64,000 nucleotides of DNA from positions 5,036 through 69,035 of the forward strand of contig JABFSN010000047.1 in assembly GCA_013140575.1 (NCBI GenBank). Direction: 5' to 3'. Both the position numbers and the translations under genes were made by a program. Shown piece after piece: positions 8,834 to 17,137 of the stretch. Source of the DNA: Phycisphaerales bacterium. GTDB taxonomy: Bacteria; Planctomycetota; Phycisphaerae; UBA1845. The notes beneath the pieces are model-generated. The model saw only the letters and a list, made by a program, of their open reading frames with translations. It did no database searches and was not told where the DNA came from. The stretch's first letter is position 1. Each line of letters opens with the position of its first letter.

Positions 8834-9007
8834 ATGAACCGAGTGAAGAGCTTCCTGAAGAGTGAAGACGGCCCGACGGCGACGGAGTACGCGGTGATGC
8901 TGGCGTTGATTATCGTGGCCGCGATCGGCTCGATCCAGCTGGTGGGCACCAAGGTGTCCGACACGTTCACCAACGTCGAGGGCAAGCTTCCGACGGTCGC
9001 CCCGTAA
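8834..9007 (+). CDS. flp: Flp family type IVb pilin
   Basis: MNRVKSFLKSEDG/PTATEYAVMLALIIVAAIG matches the Flp G/XXXXEY processing motif plus hydrophobic stretch. AAGGAG lies upstream. An in-frame GTG at 8822 is an alternative start. The track ORF from 8780 is probably too long. Confidence 0.9.
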   Translation: MNRVKSFLKSEDGPTATEYAVMLALIIVAAIGSIQLVGTKVSDTFTNVEGKLPTVAP

Positions 9008-9101
9008 TGATGCGAATGGGGCTCGGCCCGTGGCGCTCGTGGCGTGAGCGGGTCGTAGCGTGAGCAACGCACCGTGGATGCCAAGTCCGCAAGCGTGTGT
9101 G

Positions 9102-9320
9102 AGGGTGGGCGTCGTCCGACGGGCGATGGCCCACCCTTCGTTTTTGATCGCCGAACGATTGCGGTAGGTGGGCTTGGGGGACGAAGCCCGGTCGTCGAAA
9201 GAACGGTGGGCAGTGCCCACCCTACGACTGCCGAGCCGCGAGCGTTGCCGGACCGTTCCCCCGACGGGCGCGGCCCGGAAGGACGCCGGCGCCGGTCCGA
9301 AATGGTGGGCGGCGCCCACC
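9102..9320. repeat. three GGTGGGC...GCCCACC(CT) hairpins in the flp-cpaA spacer
   Basis: AGGGTGGGC(9102-9110)...GCCCACCCT(9129-9137); GGTGGGC-AGT-GCCCACC-CTAC (9205-9225); GGTGGGC-GGC-GCCCACC-CTAC (9304-9324). All lie in a 413-bp non-coding gap. Confidence 0.7.
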
Positions 9321-9420
9321 CTACAAGAGACGGCGGCTCGGAAAGAATCCCCGGTGTACAGGGATATCGGATACTGGATGGGAGCGACGGTGACGGGGGC
9401 ATGATGGCTGCATTAAGGGG

Positions 9421-9981
9421 ATGGAGATGGTTTCGGGATTCTGGCTGATGACGTGCATGATCCTGGTGCCGGCGGTGTTGCTGGCGTCGTGGATCGATTA
9501 CGCGGAGCGGCGGGTGCCGAACTGGCTGAACGCCATGCTGGGGGCCGCGGGGTTTGTGGCCCAGGGGGCGTATTTCGGATGGTCGGGCGTGGTCGCGGGA
9601 ATGCTGGGTCTGCTGGTGGGGTTCGGCGTCCTGATCGTGCCGTGGATGATGCACGGGATGGGGGCCGGTGACGTGAAGTTGATGGCGGCGATCGGCGTTT
9701 GGTTTGGGCCGTGGATGACGCTGGTGTCGTTCGCGTTGGGGGCGGTGCTCGGCGGGGTGATCGCGGTGGCGATGATTCTGTGGCGGCGCCGCGGCACGGA
9801 AGCGTGGGCGAACATGGGCATCATCCTGTTGAAGGTGCAGTCGCGGGACACGGTGTTCAGCGAGTTCGGGTCGGCCAAGTCGCTGGGCGAGTCGCCGCAG
9901 TTGTTGCCGTATGGCGTGCCGCTGACGATCGGATCGTTGATCGTGTTGAGCGGAGAGGTTTTTCAATGGTGGGTGGTGTGA
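9421..9981 (+). CDS. cpaA: A24-family prepilin peptidase CpaA/TadV
   Basis: Polytopic membrane protein with WIDYAERRVPNWL and GAGDVKLMAAIG aspartate motifs typical of Flp prepilin peptidases. Located next to flp. Confidence 0.85.
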   Translation: MEMVSGFWLMTCMILVPAVLLASWIDYAERRVPNWLNAMLGAAGFVAQGAYFGWSGVVAGMLGLLVGFGVLIVPWMMHGMGAGDVKLMAAIGVWFGPWMTLVSFALGAVLGGVIAVAMILWRRRGTEAWANMGIILLKVQSRDTVFSEFGSAKSLGESPQLLPYGVPLTIGSLIVLSGEVFQWWVV

Positions 9982-9982
9982 T

Positions 9983-10516
9983 ATGCGCAATGGTCAGATA
10001 CGCGGGCGTAAGGGTATGTGGAGCAGTGTGTTGAGCGGCGTGGCGACCGCGCGCGTGGCGCGACGTCCGGGGGGCGAGTCCGCGTCCGCGGAATTGATGC
10101 GCGGGGTGAAATGCGCCGGACGGAAGCGCGGAGCGGCATTGGTGGAGTTCGCCGTGGTACTGCCGCTGCTGCTGGTGCTGTTGTTCGGCATCATCGAGTT
10201 CGGATGGGTGTTCATGGTCCGCCAGTCGTTGTCCAGCGCCGCCCGCGAAGGATGTCGCATGGCCGTTCTGAAGACGGCGACGCAGGCCATGGTGCAGGAA
10301 CGCGTGCGCGAGGTCATGGCGCCGACCGGGTTCGCGGAAGGGACGAGTTGGAACATGGACCTGTCGGCCATCGACGACGCGTTGCAGACCGTGACGGTGA
10401 CGATCCCGATCAACGACGTGGCGTTGACCGGGGGGTTCATTCTGCACGGCGGCTACGACCTGTCGGGCACGTGCTCGATGCGCAAGGAGGGCACTACGGT
10501 CGAGGATGAGGAATAG
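9983..10516 (+). CDS. TadE-like pseudopilin/pilus assembly protein
   Basis: RKRGAALVEFAVVLPLLLVLLFGIIEFGW is the TadE-like N-terminal motif. The real start may be the internal Met at 10097. Confidence 0.8.
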   Translation: MRNGQIRGRKGMWSSVLSGVATARVARRPGGESASAELMRGVKCAGRKRGAALVEFAVVLPLLLVLLFGIIEFGWVFMVRQSLSSAAREGCRMAVLKTATQAMVQERVREVMAPTGFAEGTSWNMDLSAIDDALQTVTVTIPINDVALTGGFILHGGYDLSGTCSMRKEGTTVEDEE

Positions 10517-10626
10517 CCGCGGGCTGCGCATGTCGCGGCGTTGCGTGCGACGGTCCGCGACGGAGTTTGCGGCTTGGGCATCTGGTCCATGTCGTCACGG
10601 GCGGGACGCTCGTGCCACAGTGATTT

Positions 10627-10649
10627 CACGGGCGGGGTGCCCGTGCCAC
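10627..10649. repeat. short CACGGGC-loop-GCCCGTG-CCAC hairpin (relative of the 45-bp palindromic unit)
   Basis: CACGGGC GGGGT GCCCGTG CCAC in the tadE-cpaB spacer. It shares the GCCCGTGCCAC tail with the units at 24908, 59403 and 51526. Confidence 0.5.
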
Positions 10650-10695
10650 GGAACGGGTATGGGGGAATCGGGGCTTCTCGACAGCGAGGTAGGTC

Positions 10696-11709
10696 ATGAA
10701 AAAAATAGCGATCATTCCGTTGGTAATGGGGGTGGCGATCGGCGGTCTGGCCATCAAGCTGGGTCTGTCGACCATTCAGAAGGCCAAGGCCAGCGCGTCC
10801 GTTCAATCGGCGAACGTGGTGGTGGCGGTGGAGGAGATTTCGGCGACGTCGACCATCGAGGCGCGTCTGGTGAAGGTGATTTCGACGCCGGTGACGCCGT
10901 TGATGGGCAAGGACAGTTACACGAAGGCGGAAGACATCATCGGGCGCGTCGCGGCCACGACCATTCCGCGCGGCGCCGTGGTGCGCGGCGAGCTACTGGC
11001 GCCGGAGGGCACGCCCGCGGGGCTGACGGTCCGCATCCCGTCCGGCTATCGGGCGGTGTCGGTCAAGATCGACGAGGTAACCGGCGTCGCCTATCAACTT
11101 CAGCCCAACAGTTGGGTGGACGTGATCGTGGTCATGGACGTCCAGAACGGGCGGCAAAAGGAAACCATCAGCCGCATCCTGTTGCAGGAGGTCGAGGTCA
11201 TCGCCGTGGGGCGCACGCTGACCACGGGCGACGACCCCGAGGGCAAGGGCAAGGTGGCCAAGTCCATCACGCTGCTGGTGAAGGATTCGGACGTGCCCAG
11301 CCTGCACCTGGCCCAGACCCGCGGCAAGCTGACGCTGGCGATGCGCAGTCCGGAAGACCACCTGATGTCCAAAGCCGGTCAGGCGACGGAAAGCGAGTTG
11401 CTGGGTCGATCGAAGCCCGTCGCGGACGAAGACGAACCCGAGGACGCGGCGCCGGTGGCACAGGTGGCGCCGAGGCCGCAGCCGGAGTCGTACATGGTGT
11501 CGGTCATGGGTTCGGACGGGCAGCAGTCGATGGTCACATTCAATGGCAAGAACTCGACGGTGCGGCAGTCGGTGGTGACGAGAGGCGGAGTGGCCGCGTC
11601 GTCGGCGCCGGGGCATCGCGGGTTGTTGGGCGCGACCGCGACGTCCGATTCGGACGAGGATAGCGGCGTTTCGTCGGTTCCCGGCTTCCCGCCGGCGCCG
11701 CCGGGATGA
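10696..11709 (+). CDS. cpaB: Flp pilus assembly protein CpaB/RcpC
   Basis: N-terminal membrane anchor (MKKIAIIPLVMGVAIGGLAI). SAF-like region followed by a CpaB-type beta-rich domain. Synteny with flp, cpaA and tadE. Acidic, low-complexity C-terminal tail. Confidence 0.8.
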   Translation: MKKIAIIPLVMGVAIGGLAIKLGLSTIQKAKASASVQSANVVVAVEEISATSTIEARLVKVISTPVTPLMGKDSYTKAEDIIGRVAATTIPRGAVVRGELLAPEGTPAGLTVRIPSGYRAVSVKIDEVTGVAYQLQPNSWVDVIVVMDVQNGRQKETISRILLQEVEVIAVGRTLTTGDDPEGKGKVAKSITLLVKDSDVPSLHLAQTRGKLTLAMRSPEDHLMSKAGQATESELLGRSKPVADEDEPEDAAPVAQVAPRPQPESYMVSVMGSDGQQSMVTFNGKNSTVRQSVVTRGGVAASSAPGHRGLLGATATSDSDEDSGVSSVPGFPPAPPG

Positions 11710-11905
11710 TTTTGGCCGGTTGGGAGTGCCGATGGTCCTCCTCGACCGGACCGTCGGCGTGTGATGAAGGGGCGGTGACGGGCGTTGGTCCCGTGACCGC
11801 CCCACGGCCTTTTTACGTTCGACGGGCAGTGCGCATCGTGAACGAACAAGTTGTATGAGTTCGTGATGCCGTCGCCAACCGGTAGAGACAATCGGGCGGA
11901 AGTCT

Positions 11906-12076
11906 GCTAAATAAGAACACACAAGAGGGAAACCGAGTTTCGTCCGCCCTCCGGGCGGAAAGAAATGGGGAACCCGATCCAGGGGCTGAAGCCCCTGGCT
12001 AAGACCGTGCGCCCTACGGGCGAGGCTTCGCGCGTCATGACGAAATCGGATTCCCTATTCCCTGGTTCAATTTAGC
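11906..12076 (+). mobile_element. MITE-like element, family 2, copy 1 (171 bp)
   Basis: TIRs GCTAAATAAGAAC / reverse complement of right end GCTAAATTGAAC. About 85% identical by eye to the inverted copy at 52741-52911. Core has three hairpins (TCCGCCC-TCC-GGGCGGA, CCAGGGGC-TGAA-GCCCCTGG, CGCCC-TAC-GGGCG). No clear target duplication. Confidence 0.6.
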
Positions 12077-12093
12077 GTTCGTCTTGGTTGCGG

Positions 12094-12236
12094 GGTACGT
12101 GTTCAGCGTGGGAAACTTCGAATCAGTGCCACGGGCGCAAGCCCGCGGGCGCCAATGCGCGGGGTGCCGCGTGAACCTCCAATCACCGGGCTTGCGCCCG
12201 GTGCTCTGAATTGCGGGGCATACGCTCAACAGGTAC
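12094..12236 (+). mobile_element. MITE-like element, family 3, copy 1 (143 bp) with 7-bp target-site duplication
   Basis: Left end GGTACGTGTTCAGCGT; right end ACGCTCAACAGGTAC (13/15 inverted match). Flanked by identical GTTGCGG at 12087-12093 and 12237-12243. Core shared with 51553-51694. Confidence 0.7.
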
Positions 12237-12301
12237 GTTGCGGACGGTATGTCCGCGATGATGAAATGGTTGGGCCCACTTTCGTCTGCGGAGACTCTGC
12301 G

Positions 12302-13333
12302 ATGAAACAGAGAACAGTGTGCGGAACGGTGGTGTTTCTGACGACGCTGGCACTCGTCACGGCGCAAGTCGCGGCAAAGGACGCCAAGCCGGCGAAAACC
12401 GATCCGACTGAGAGGGGACGAGCGTACACCGCCCTGTTTTACGACGGCAAGGTCGATCAGGTGTGGGAGCATTTCGGCGAGGCCATGAAGACCGCGCTGG
12501 TTTCCAAGGAACAGTTGCAGACCTTCCGCGATCAGGTGAACGAGCAGATCGGCGAGGAGGCCGCGGTGGTGAACGAGGAGGTCATTCGGGCCGGTTCGTT
12601 TCACGTCTATTCCCGTCATGCCCGGTTCAAGAAGTTCGCCGAGGTGATTGAGGTCAACTGGACGTTCGACGACAAGGGCGTGGTCGAGGGTTTTTACATC
12701 CGGCCGCAACAGAAACCGGCCGAGACGCAGTATCTCGACCATAAGACGAAAACCGACCTGCGCCTGCCGTTCGACGGCGCGTGGTTTGTGTTCTGGGGCG
12801 GGCGGACCATCGCCGAGAATTACCATGTCGTGGCGAAGGACCAGCGGTTCGCCTACGACCTTGTGATCATGAAGGACGGATCGAGTCACTCCGGCGACGG
12901 CACGTCCAACGAGCAATACCACGCGTTCGGAAAACCGATCGTGGCGCCGGGCGCCGGCGTCGTGGCGGCCGCGGTGGATGGTTTGCCGGACAATCCGCCG
13001 GGCGAAATGGACGCGAAGAACGCGGCGGGCAACAACGTGGTGATCGATCATGGCGACGGCGAGTTTTCGTTCCTGGCCCACCTTCAGAAGGGCAGCGTGA
13101 AGGTGAAAAAGGGCCAAACCGTGCAGGCCGGCGACGCGCTGGGCCTGTGCGGCAACAGCGGCAACACCAGCGAGCCGCACCTGCACTATCACCTGCAAAC
13201 GACGGCCGTTTCCCACTACGGCGAAGGCCTGCCGGCCCAGTTTCAAAACTACATCGCTGACGGCCAGCCGATCTCCCGCGGCGAACCGACCAAGGGACAG
13301 ACCATCGAGCACGGGGCCGCCACATCCGAATAA
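12302..13333 (+). CDS. M23 family metallopeptidase (secreted)
   Basis: HxxxD and HxH signature region DHGDGEFSFLAHL...GNSGNTSEPHLHYHLQ. Signal peptide MKQRTVCGTVVFLTTLALVTAQVAA starts at the Met at 12302. The upstream part of the track ORF (from 12155) runs through the family-3 element and is rejected. Confidence 0.85.
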   Translation: MKQRTVCGTVVFLTTLALVTAQVAAKDAKPAKTDPTERGRAYTALFYDGKVDQVWEHFGEAMKTALVSKEQLQTFRDQVNEQIGEEAAVVNEEVIRAGSFHVYSRHARFKKFAEVIEVNWTFDDKGVVEGFYIRPQQKPAETQYLDHKTKTDLRLPFDGAWFVFWGGRTIAENYHVVAKDQRFAYDLVIMKDGSSHSGDGTSNEQYHAFGKPIVAPGAGVVAAAVDGLPDNPPGEMDAKNAAGNNVVIDHGDGEFSFLAHLQKGSVKVKKGQTVQAGDALGLCGNSGNTSEPHLHYHLQTTAVSHYGEGLPAQFQNYIADGQPISRGEPTKGQTIEHGAATSE

Positions 13334-13536
13334 CCGCGCCGGCGATCCGACCGTATTCGGATGCCATCTGGGCCGATAATCGGCCACTCCGCGGGCGGCC
13401 GCCGTTTTGAATGCGTCGTCCGTTCAACAGCACTGGGTCGCAAAATCCGATGAATCCCCTGGGGGACGGGCGAACTCGTCCAACCGGCGCGCGGTCAGCC
13501 CGGCGGAATCGAAACCAACCGGAGGGGAACGGCAAC

Positions 13537-13743
13537 ATGAACACCATCGACACCCACGGCGGAGCGGCGGTGCAGGCCGCGTTGACGCGTCAGAACATCG
13601 GCATCGCGGTGTTAGGCAAGGCCAACGACGTCGCCAATCAGCAGGCCCAAGCGGCGCTGGCGTTGATTGAATCCGTCGCCGAAACCGGCGCTGCCATCGA
13701 CGGCGGTCCGTCCGACGGAAATCGTCTCGACGTTACTGCCTGA
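13537..13743 (+). CDS. small YjfB-like (putative motility protein family) protein
   Basis: 68 aa starting MNTIDTH, with GGAGGGG 10 nt upstream. QNIGIAVLGKANDVANQQAQAALALIES resembles the YjfB family core. The family assignment is from memory and unverified. Confidence 0.45.
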   Translation: MNTIDTHGGAAVQAALTRQNIGIAVLGKANDVANQQAQAALALIESVAETGAAIDGGPSDGNRLDVTA

Positions 13744-13782
13744 TTCGTCTACCTGCCCGCCCGACACCGACCGCTGTTCGGG

Positions 13783-16700
13783 CTACCGCGGGCTGTCCCC
13801 GCGGCTTCGTTGCAGGAACCCCACGATTTCGGCCATGTCCACCAGTCCGTCATCGTTGGTATCGGCGCGGCGGGCGTCGGGGAAATGGAGTTCGGCGACG
13901 TTGATCCGCATTTTGGCGTGCTTGTGCTGCATGGCCATGTCGCGTTCCTCGCGCGGCCGCACGCGGGCGGCGTTGCAGTACTCGTCGGCGTCGCCGGATA
14001 GGTAGGCGTTGACGAGGATGGCGGTGAAATCGGCTGTCGCCTGCACGCCGTCGCCATTGATGTCGCCGCCGGATGATTGATGGGGATCGGTCGATCGCCC
14101 CCAGCCGGCCGCGAGGGCGGCGAAATCCAACATGTCAATGACGTTGTCCTGATCGATGAAACCGTGCAGGTCGCCGGCGATCAGCCGGTGCGCGCCGGTC
14201 ATGTCCACGACGGACCGGCCGCATTCGTCGAAATCGAGCGGCATGGCCCGCTTCAACGTGTGCCCCTCGCGGGCGCTGATCCACTCGGCCGCCGGTGATA
14301 CGTTGACCAGCGACAGATGACCGACGCCGTCCGCGCCGACGGTCAGCGGAACAACGCGCTGGTCGGCATTCCCGGAACAGTCGCTGACCACGAGGGTGAC
14401 GAGGCGCGTCACCGGGTGGACGACGCCTTCGAGTTGAACGGCCAATTCGACGCGCGGCGCACCGACAAACACGTCGATGTCGGTGGCGCCGGCGCAGCCG
14501 AAATCGTTTGTAACCGTCACCGAATACGCGCCGGTCTGATTCACCACGATGGCACGGGTGGCGGCGCCGGTCGACCATGCGTAGGACGACCACGCCCCCG
14601 CGTCCAGCGTCACGGATTCGCCGGGACAGATCATCGGGCCGGGTTGGGACGTGATTTGCGGCAGCGGACGCGGGTACACCGTCAATTCGACGGGCACGGT
14701 CATTGGGGTCCCGCAGCCGTTGGATACAACGCAATCGTACGTCCCCGAATCGTCCGGCGATGCCGACGCAATGAACAGTGAATCGCCATCGGCCCCCGCG
14801 ATGTCCTGCCCGTTACGGCGCCATTGAAAGCCGAATGGCGGCGTCCCTACGACGGTTACGCGCAACGACACGGCATCTCCCTCGCAGACGTCCGCGGACG
14901 CCGGTTCATCAACAAACATCGGCGGCAGGCAAATCGACGCGCCGTATCGGATGGTCACCTCCGCGACATCGCTGCTCGATTGACCATCATCGGCCTCGAA
15001 AAACAGTGTGTCCGTGCCCGTCGCATTCAGATTGGGCCGCAGGAGGAATACGCCGTCGCGTTCCTGAACGGTCGCCTGCGCGGGCGGCGTCACGATGCGG
15101 CGGATCAGCGGATCGCCGTCGACGTCCGTGGCCGGCAGGTCCAGAAGGGTTGGGCCGTCAATGGACACCTCGGCCGTGTATCCGTACGCGATCGGCGGCG
15201 AATTCCCGCCGCCCGTGGCCGCAAGTACGGACGGCGTAAACGCGGTCTCGACAACGATGGCCGCGCTGCGGGCTCGCGTGCCGTCGGTGAATTCGGTCTC
15301 CGCGATCAAACGGGTCTTCCCGGCGCCGATGATCGACGCCGGGACGGGAAACGTGTCGGCGTCCGCGGTGGTGGCCGCAATCACGCGACCGTTGTGCAAC
15401 AATCGGGTTTCAGCAACCGGTCCGCTGCCCGCAGTCGTCAGCACTTGGTAAATCGTGTTCAGATCGCCCGTGGACGGATTGACCGCGACCGACGCCCATC
15501 GCCCGTGATTGTCGACGTCCATCGTCTCCCGCCAGCGTCCCTGCGTCGCGATCGGCGAATCGTCGTACGCAACCACCAATGCCTCGTGCGGGCCGTCGGC
15601 GAACGCACGGGTGTCGATCAGGAACGTCTGGCCGGGTGAAACGGTCGAATGCCATCGGCCGTCGACGAACAGATCGAATCGGCCGACGACCGCACCGGGT
15701 TTGCCGGTCGTGCCCGCCGGGGTGATGCGCACGGCGCCGTTCACCGGTTCACTCGGCGCATCGACGACAGTCACGTCGGGGACGTGGGCAAACGGCTGCG
15801 TCAATGGGTCGCCGTACAACAACATCTGGAATGGGGCGTACTCGATACTGCGGAAAACTGCTTCGCCGAGTGACATCCCCCGGGCGTAACAGACGTGCAT
15901 CATGGGGCGGGGAAACTTCTGCGGATAATTGCACGGCTCCTCGACCGATCCCCACGATCCGCTCGCCCCGTTCGCGATCCACGCCGACACCTTGGTCTGC
16001 GACGCACGGTCGAAATCGGCCGCGTAACTGGTCAGGTGATCGCAGAACGCGCCCGGTCGTATGGTCAGGTCCGTTCCCGCGACGTCGGGACTGGCCGCCC
16101 CGGTCATGATGCCGAGGCAATCGTGGGCGCCGGCGGGCAGGATGGCGTTTTGCTCGACGGCGAATTGTCCCATGGCGGTCAACGCGTCGATCGCCGCCGG
16201 AAAATGCGTGTGCCGCGGCCCGCTGCGGAATTCGTCGTTCGTGTGCATGTAATAAAACGTGCCGGCCGGACGCGTGCCGTCGGCCGAAACGCTGCGGTCA
16301 ATCATGGTCAGGATTTCGCCCACGCTGTTGCCGCGATTGCCGTCGTAGCCGAGCATGGCCCCTATGAAATAACGCCGCGCGAACGGCGACGAACTGGGCG
16401 ACCCCAGGAACCATTCCGTCGCGCTGCGGAAGGCCATCGCGTAACCGCTCGATGAATAGTACTCGTTCCGCCGCGTGACCTGCTCGCCCGGCTGGACGGC
16501 GTTGAACGACAATGTGTAGACGGCCGATGTGCTGAATCGCCGGATGGCCACGCAGGGGTCAAAAACCAAATTGACCGCGTCGAGGTAATAATCGGCCCCC
16601 GCGGGCACGACGACGTAATCGACATGGTCCGCGATCCCGCGATTTCCGAGCGTGCCGTGCAGGGCGTCGATCTGAAACGCAACGAACGATGCGTAGTCCG

Positions 16701-17013
16701 CCGCGACGGGCGGCATGTACAGGATGTTGGCGTCGGGAATCCCGCGGGCAGCCTTGTAATAATTCGCCACGTACATCGCCGCGGCGCTTCGCGGATCGAC
16801 GATCAGAACAACATTCTGCGGGCCTCCGCCGGCGCGCACCGATGGCGCAACGGCCGACAGAAACACAGCTGCAAGCCCCAGGATCACCGTGACCAATAAT
16901 CGCGCAGAATTCGCCGCGCGGGGATTCCCCTGCCCCACCGAGTGCCTCTTTCCCAGCCGAATTCGAACCCCCCGCTCGCTGAACGAGCCGGCAGTATAGC
17001 AAAATAGGGGCAA
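13783..17013 (-). CDS. large secreted protein with Ig-like domains and C-terminal dockerin/EF-hand-like repeats
   Basis: 1076-aa ORF with signal-like RLLVTVILGLAAVFLSAVAPSVRA. I-set-like Ig motif GDSLFIASASPDDSGTYDCVVSNGCG. C-terminal DINGDGVQATADFTAILVNAY and DTNDDGLVDMAEIVGFL. The exact start is uncertain. Confidence 0.7.
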   Translation of the reverse strand: MPLFCYTAGSFSERGVRIRLGKRHSVGQGNPRAANSARLLVTVILGLAAVFLSAVAPSVRAGGGPQNVVLIVDPRSAAAMYVANYYKAARGIPDANILYMPPVAADYASFVAFQIDALHGTLGNRGIADHVDYVVVPAGADYYLDAVNLVFDPCVAIRRFSTSAVYTLSFNAVQPGEQVTRRNEYYSSSGYAMAFRSATEWFLGSPSSSPFARRYFIGAMLGYDGNRGNSVGEILTMIDRSVSADGTRPAGTFYYMHTNDEFRSGPRHTHFPAAIDALTAMGQFAVEQNAILPAGAHDCLGIMTGAASPDVAGTDLTIRPGAFCDHLTSYAADFDRASQTKVSAWIANGASGSWGSVEEPCNYPQKFPRPMMHVCYARGMSLGEAVFRSIEYAPFQMLLYGDPLTQPFAHVPDVTVVDAPSEPVNGAVRITPAGTTGKPGAVVGRFDLFVDGRWHSTVSPGQTFLIDTRAFADGPHEALVVAYDDSPIATQGRWRETMDVDNHGRWASVAVNPSTGDLNTIYQVLTTAGSGPVAETRLLHNGRVIAATTADADTFPVPASIIGAGKTRLIAETEFTDGTRARSAAIVVETAFTPSVLAATGGGNSPPIAYGYTAEVSIDGPTLLDLPATDVDGDPLIRRIVTPPAQATVQERDGVFLLRPNLNATGTDTLFFEADDGQSSSDVAEVTIRYGASICLPPMFVDEPASADVCEGDAVSLRVTVVGTPPFGFQWRRNGQDIAGADGDSLFIASASPDDSGTYDCVVSNGCGTPMTVPVELTVYPRPLPQITSQPGPMICPGESVTLDAGAWSSYAWSTGAATRAIVVNQTGAYSVTVTNDFGCAGATDIDVFVGAPRVELAVQLEGVVHPVTRLVTLVVSDCSGNADQRVVPLTVGADGVGHLSLVNVSPAAEWISAREGHTLKRAMPLDFDECGRSVVDMTGAHRLIAGDLHGFIDQDNVIDMLDFAALAAGWGRSTDPHQSSGGDINGDGVQATADFTAILVNAYLSGDADEYCNAARVRPREERDMAMQHKHAKMRINVAELHFPDARRADTNDDGLVDMAEIVGFLQRSRGDSPR

Positions 17014-17137
17014 ATGGCAAAATCGGGCGAATGGCGGCGTTTCAGGGTTTCAGTGGGCCGGCAACGGTCTGTCCCGGCCGCCCGGCGTGTTAACCGGCGT
17101 CAATCGGAAGCGTTAAACCGGCCGACGGACGAGGTGC

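Noticed and set aside
9102-9320. Possible CRISPR array (repeated GGTGGGC...GCCCACC hairpins); also the 18-bp repeats at 61163-61216
   Set aside because: There are only 2-3 units, with irregular spacing and lengths and no cas genes. The 18-bp repeats are contiguous, without spacers, and lie in frame within a gene.
8413-9990. 525-aa minus-strand ORF, the longest unexplained ORF in the track
   Set aside because: It runs antisense to flp and cpaA and across the non-coding hairpin spacer. The product is a P/R/H/Q-rich low-complexity string with no motifs. This is typical of a stop-codon-poor antisense frame in GC-rich DNA.
12155-12301. N-terminal extension of the M23 peptidase ORF
   Set aside because: It reads through the family-3 element. 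A proper signal peptide begins at the Met at 12302.
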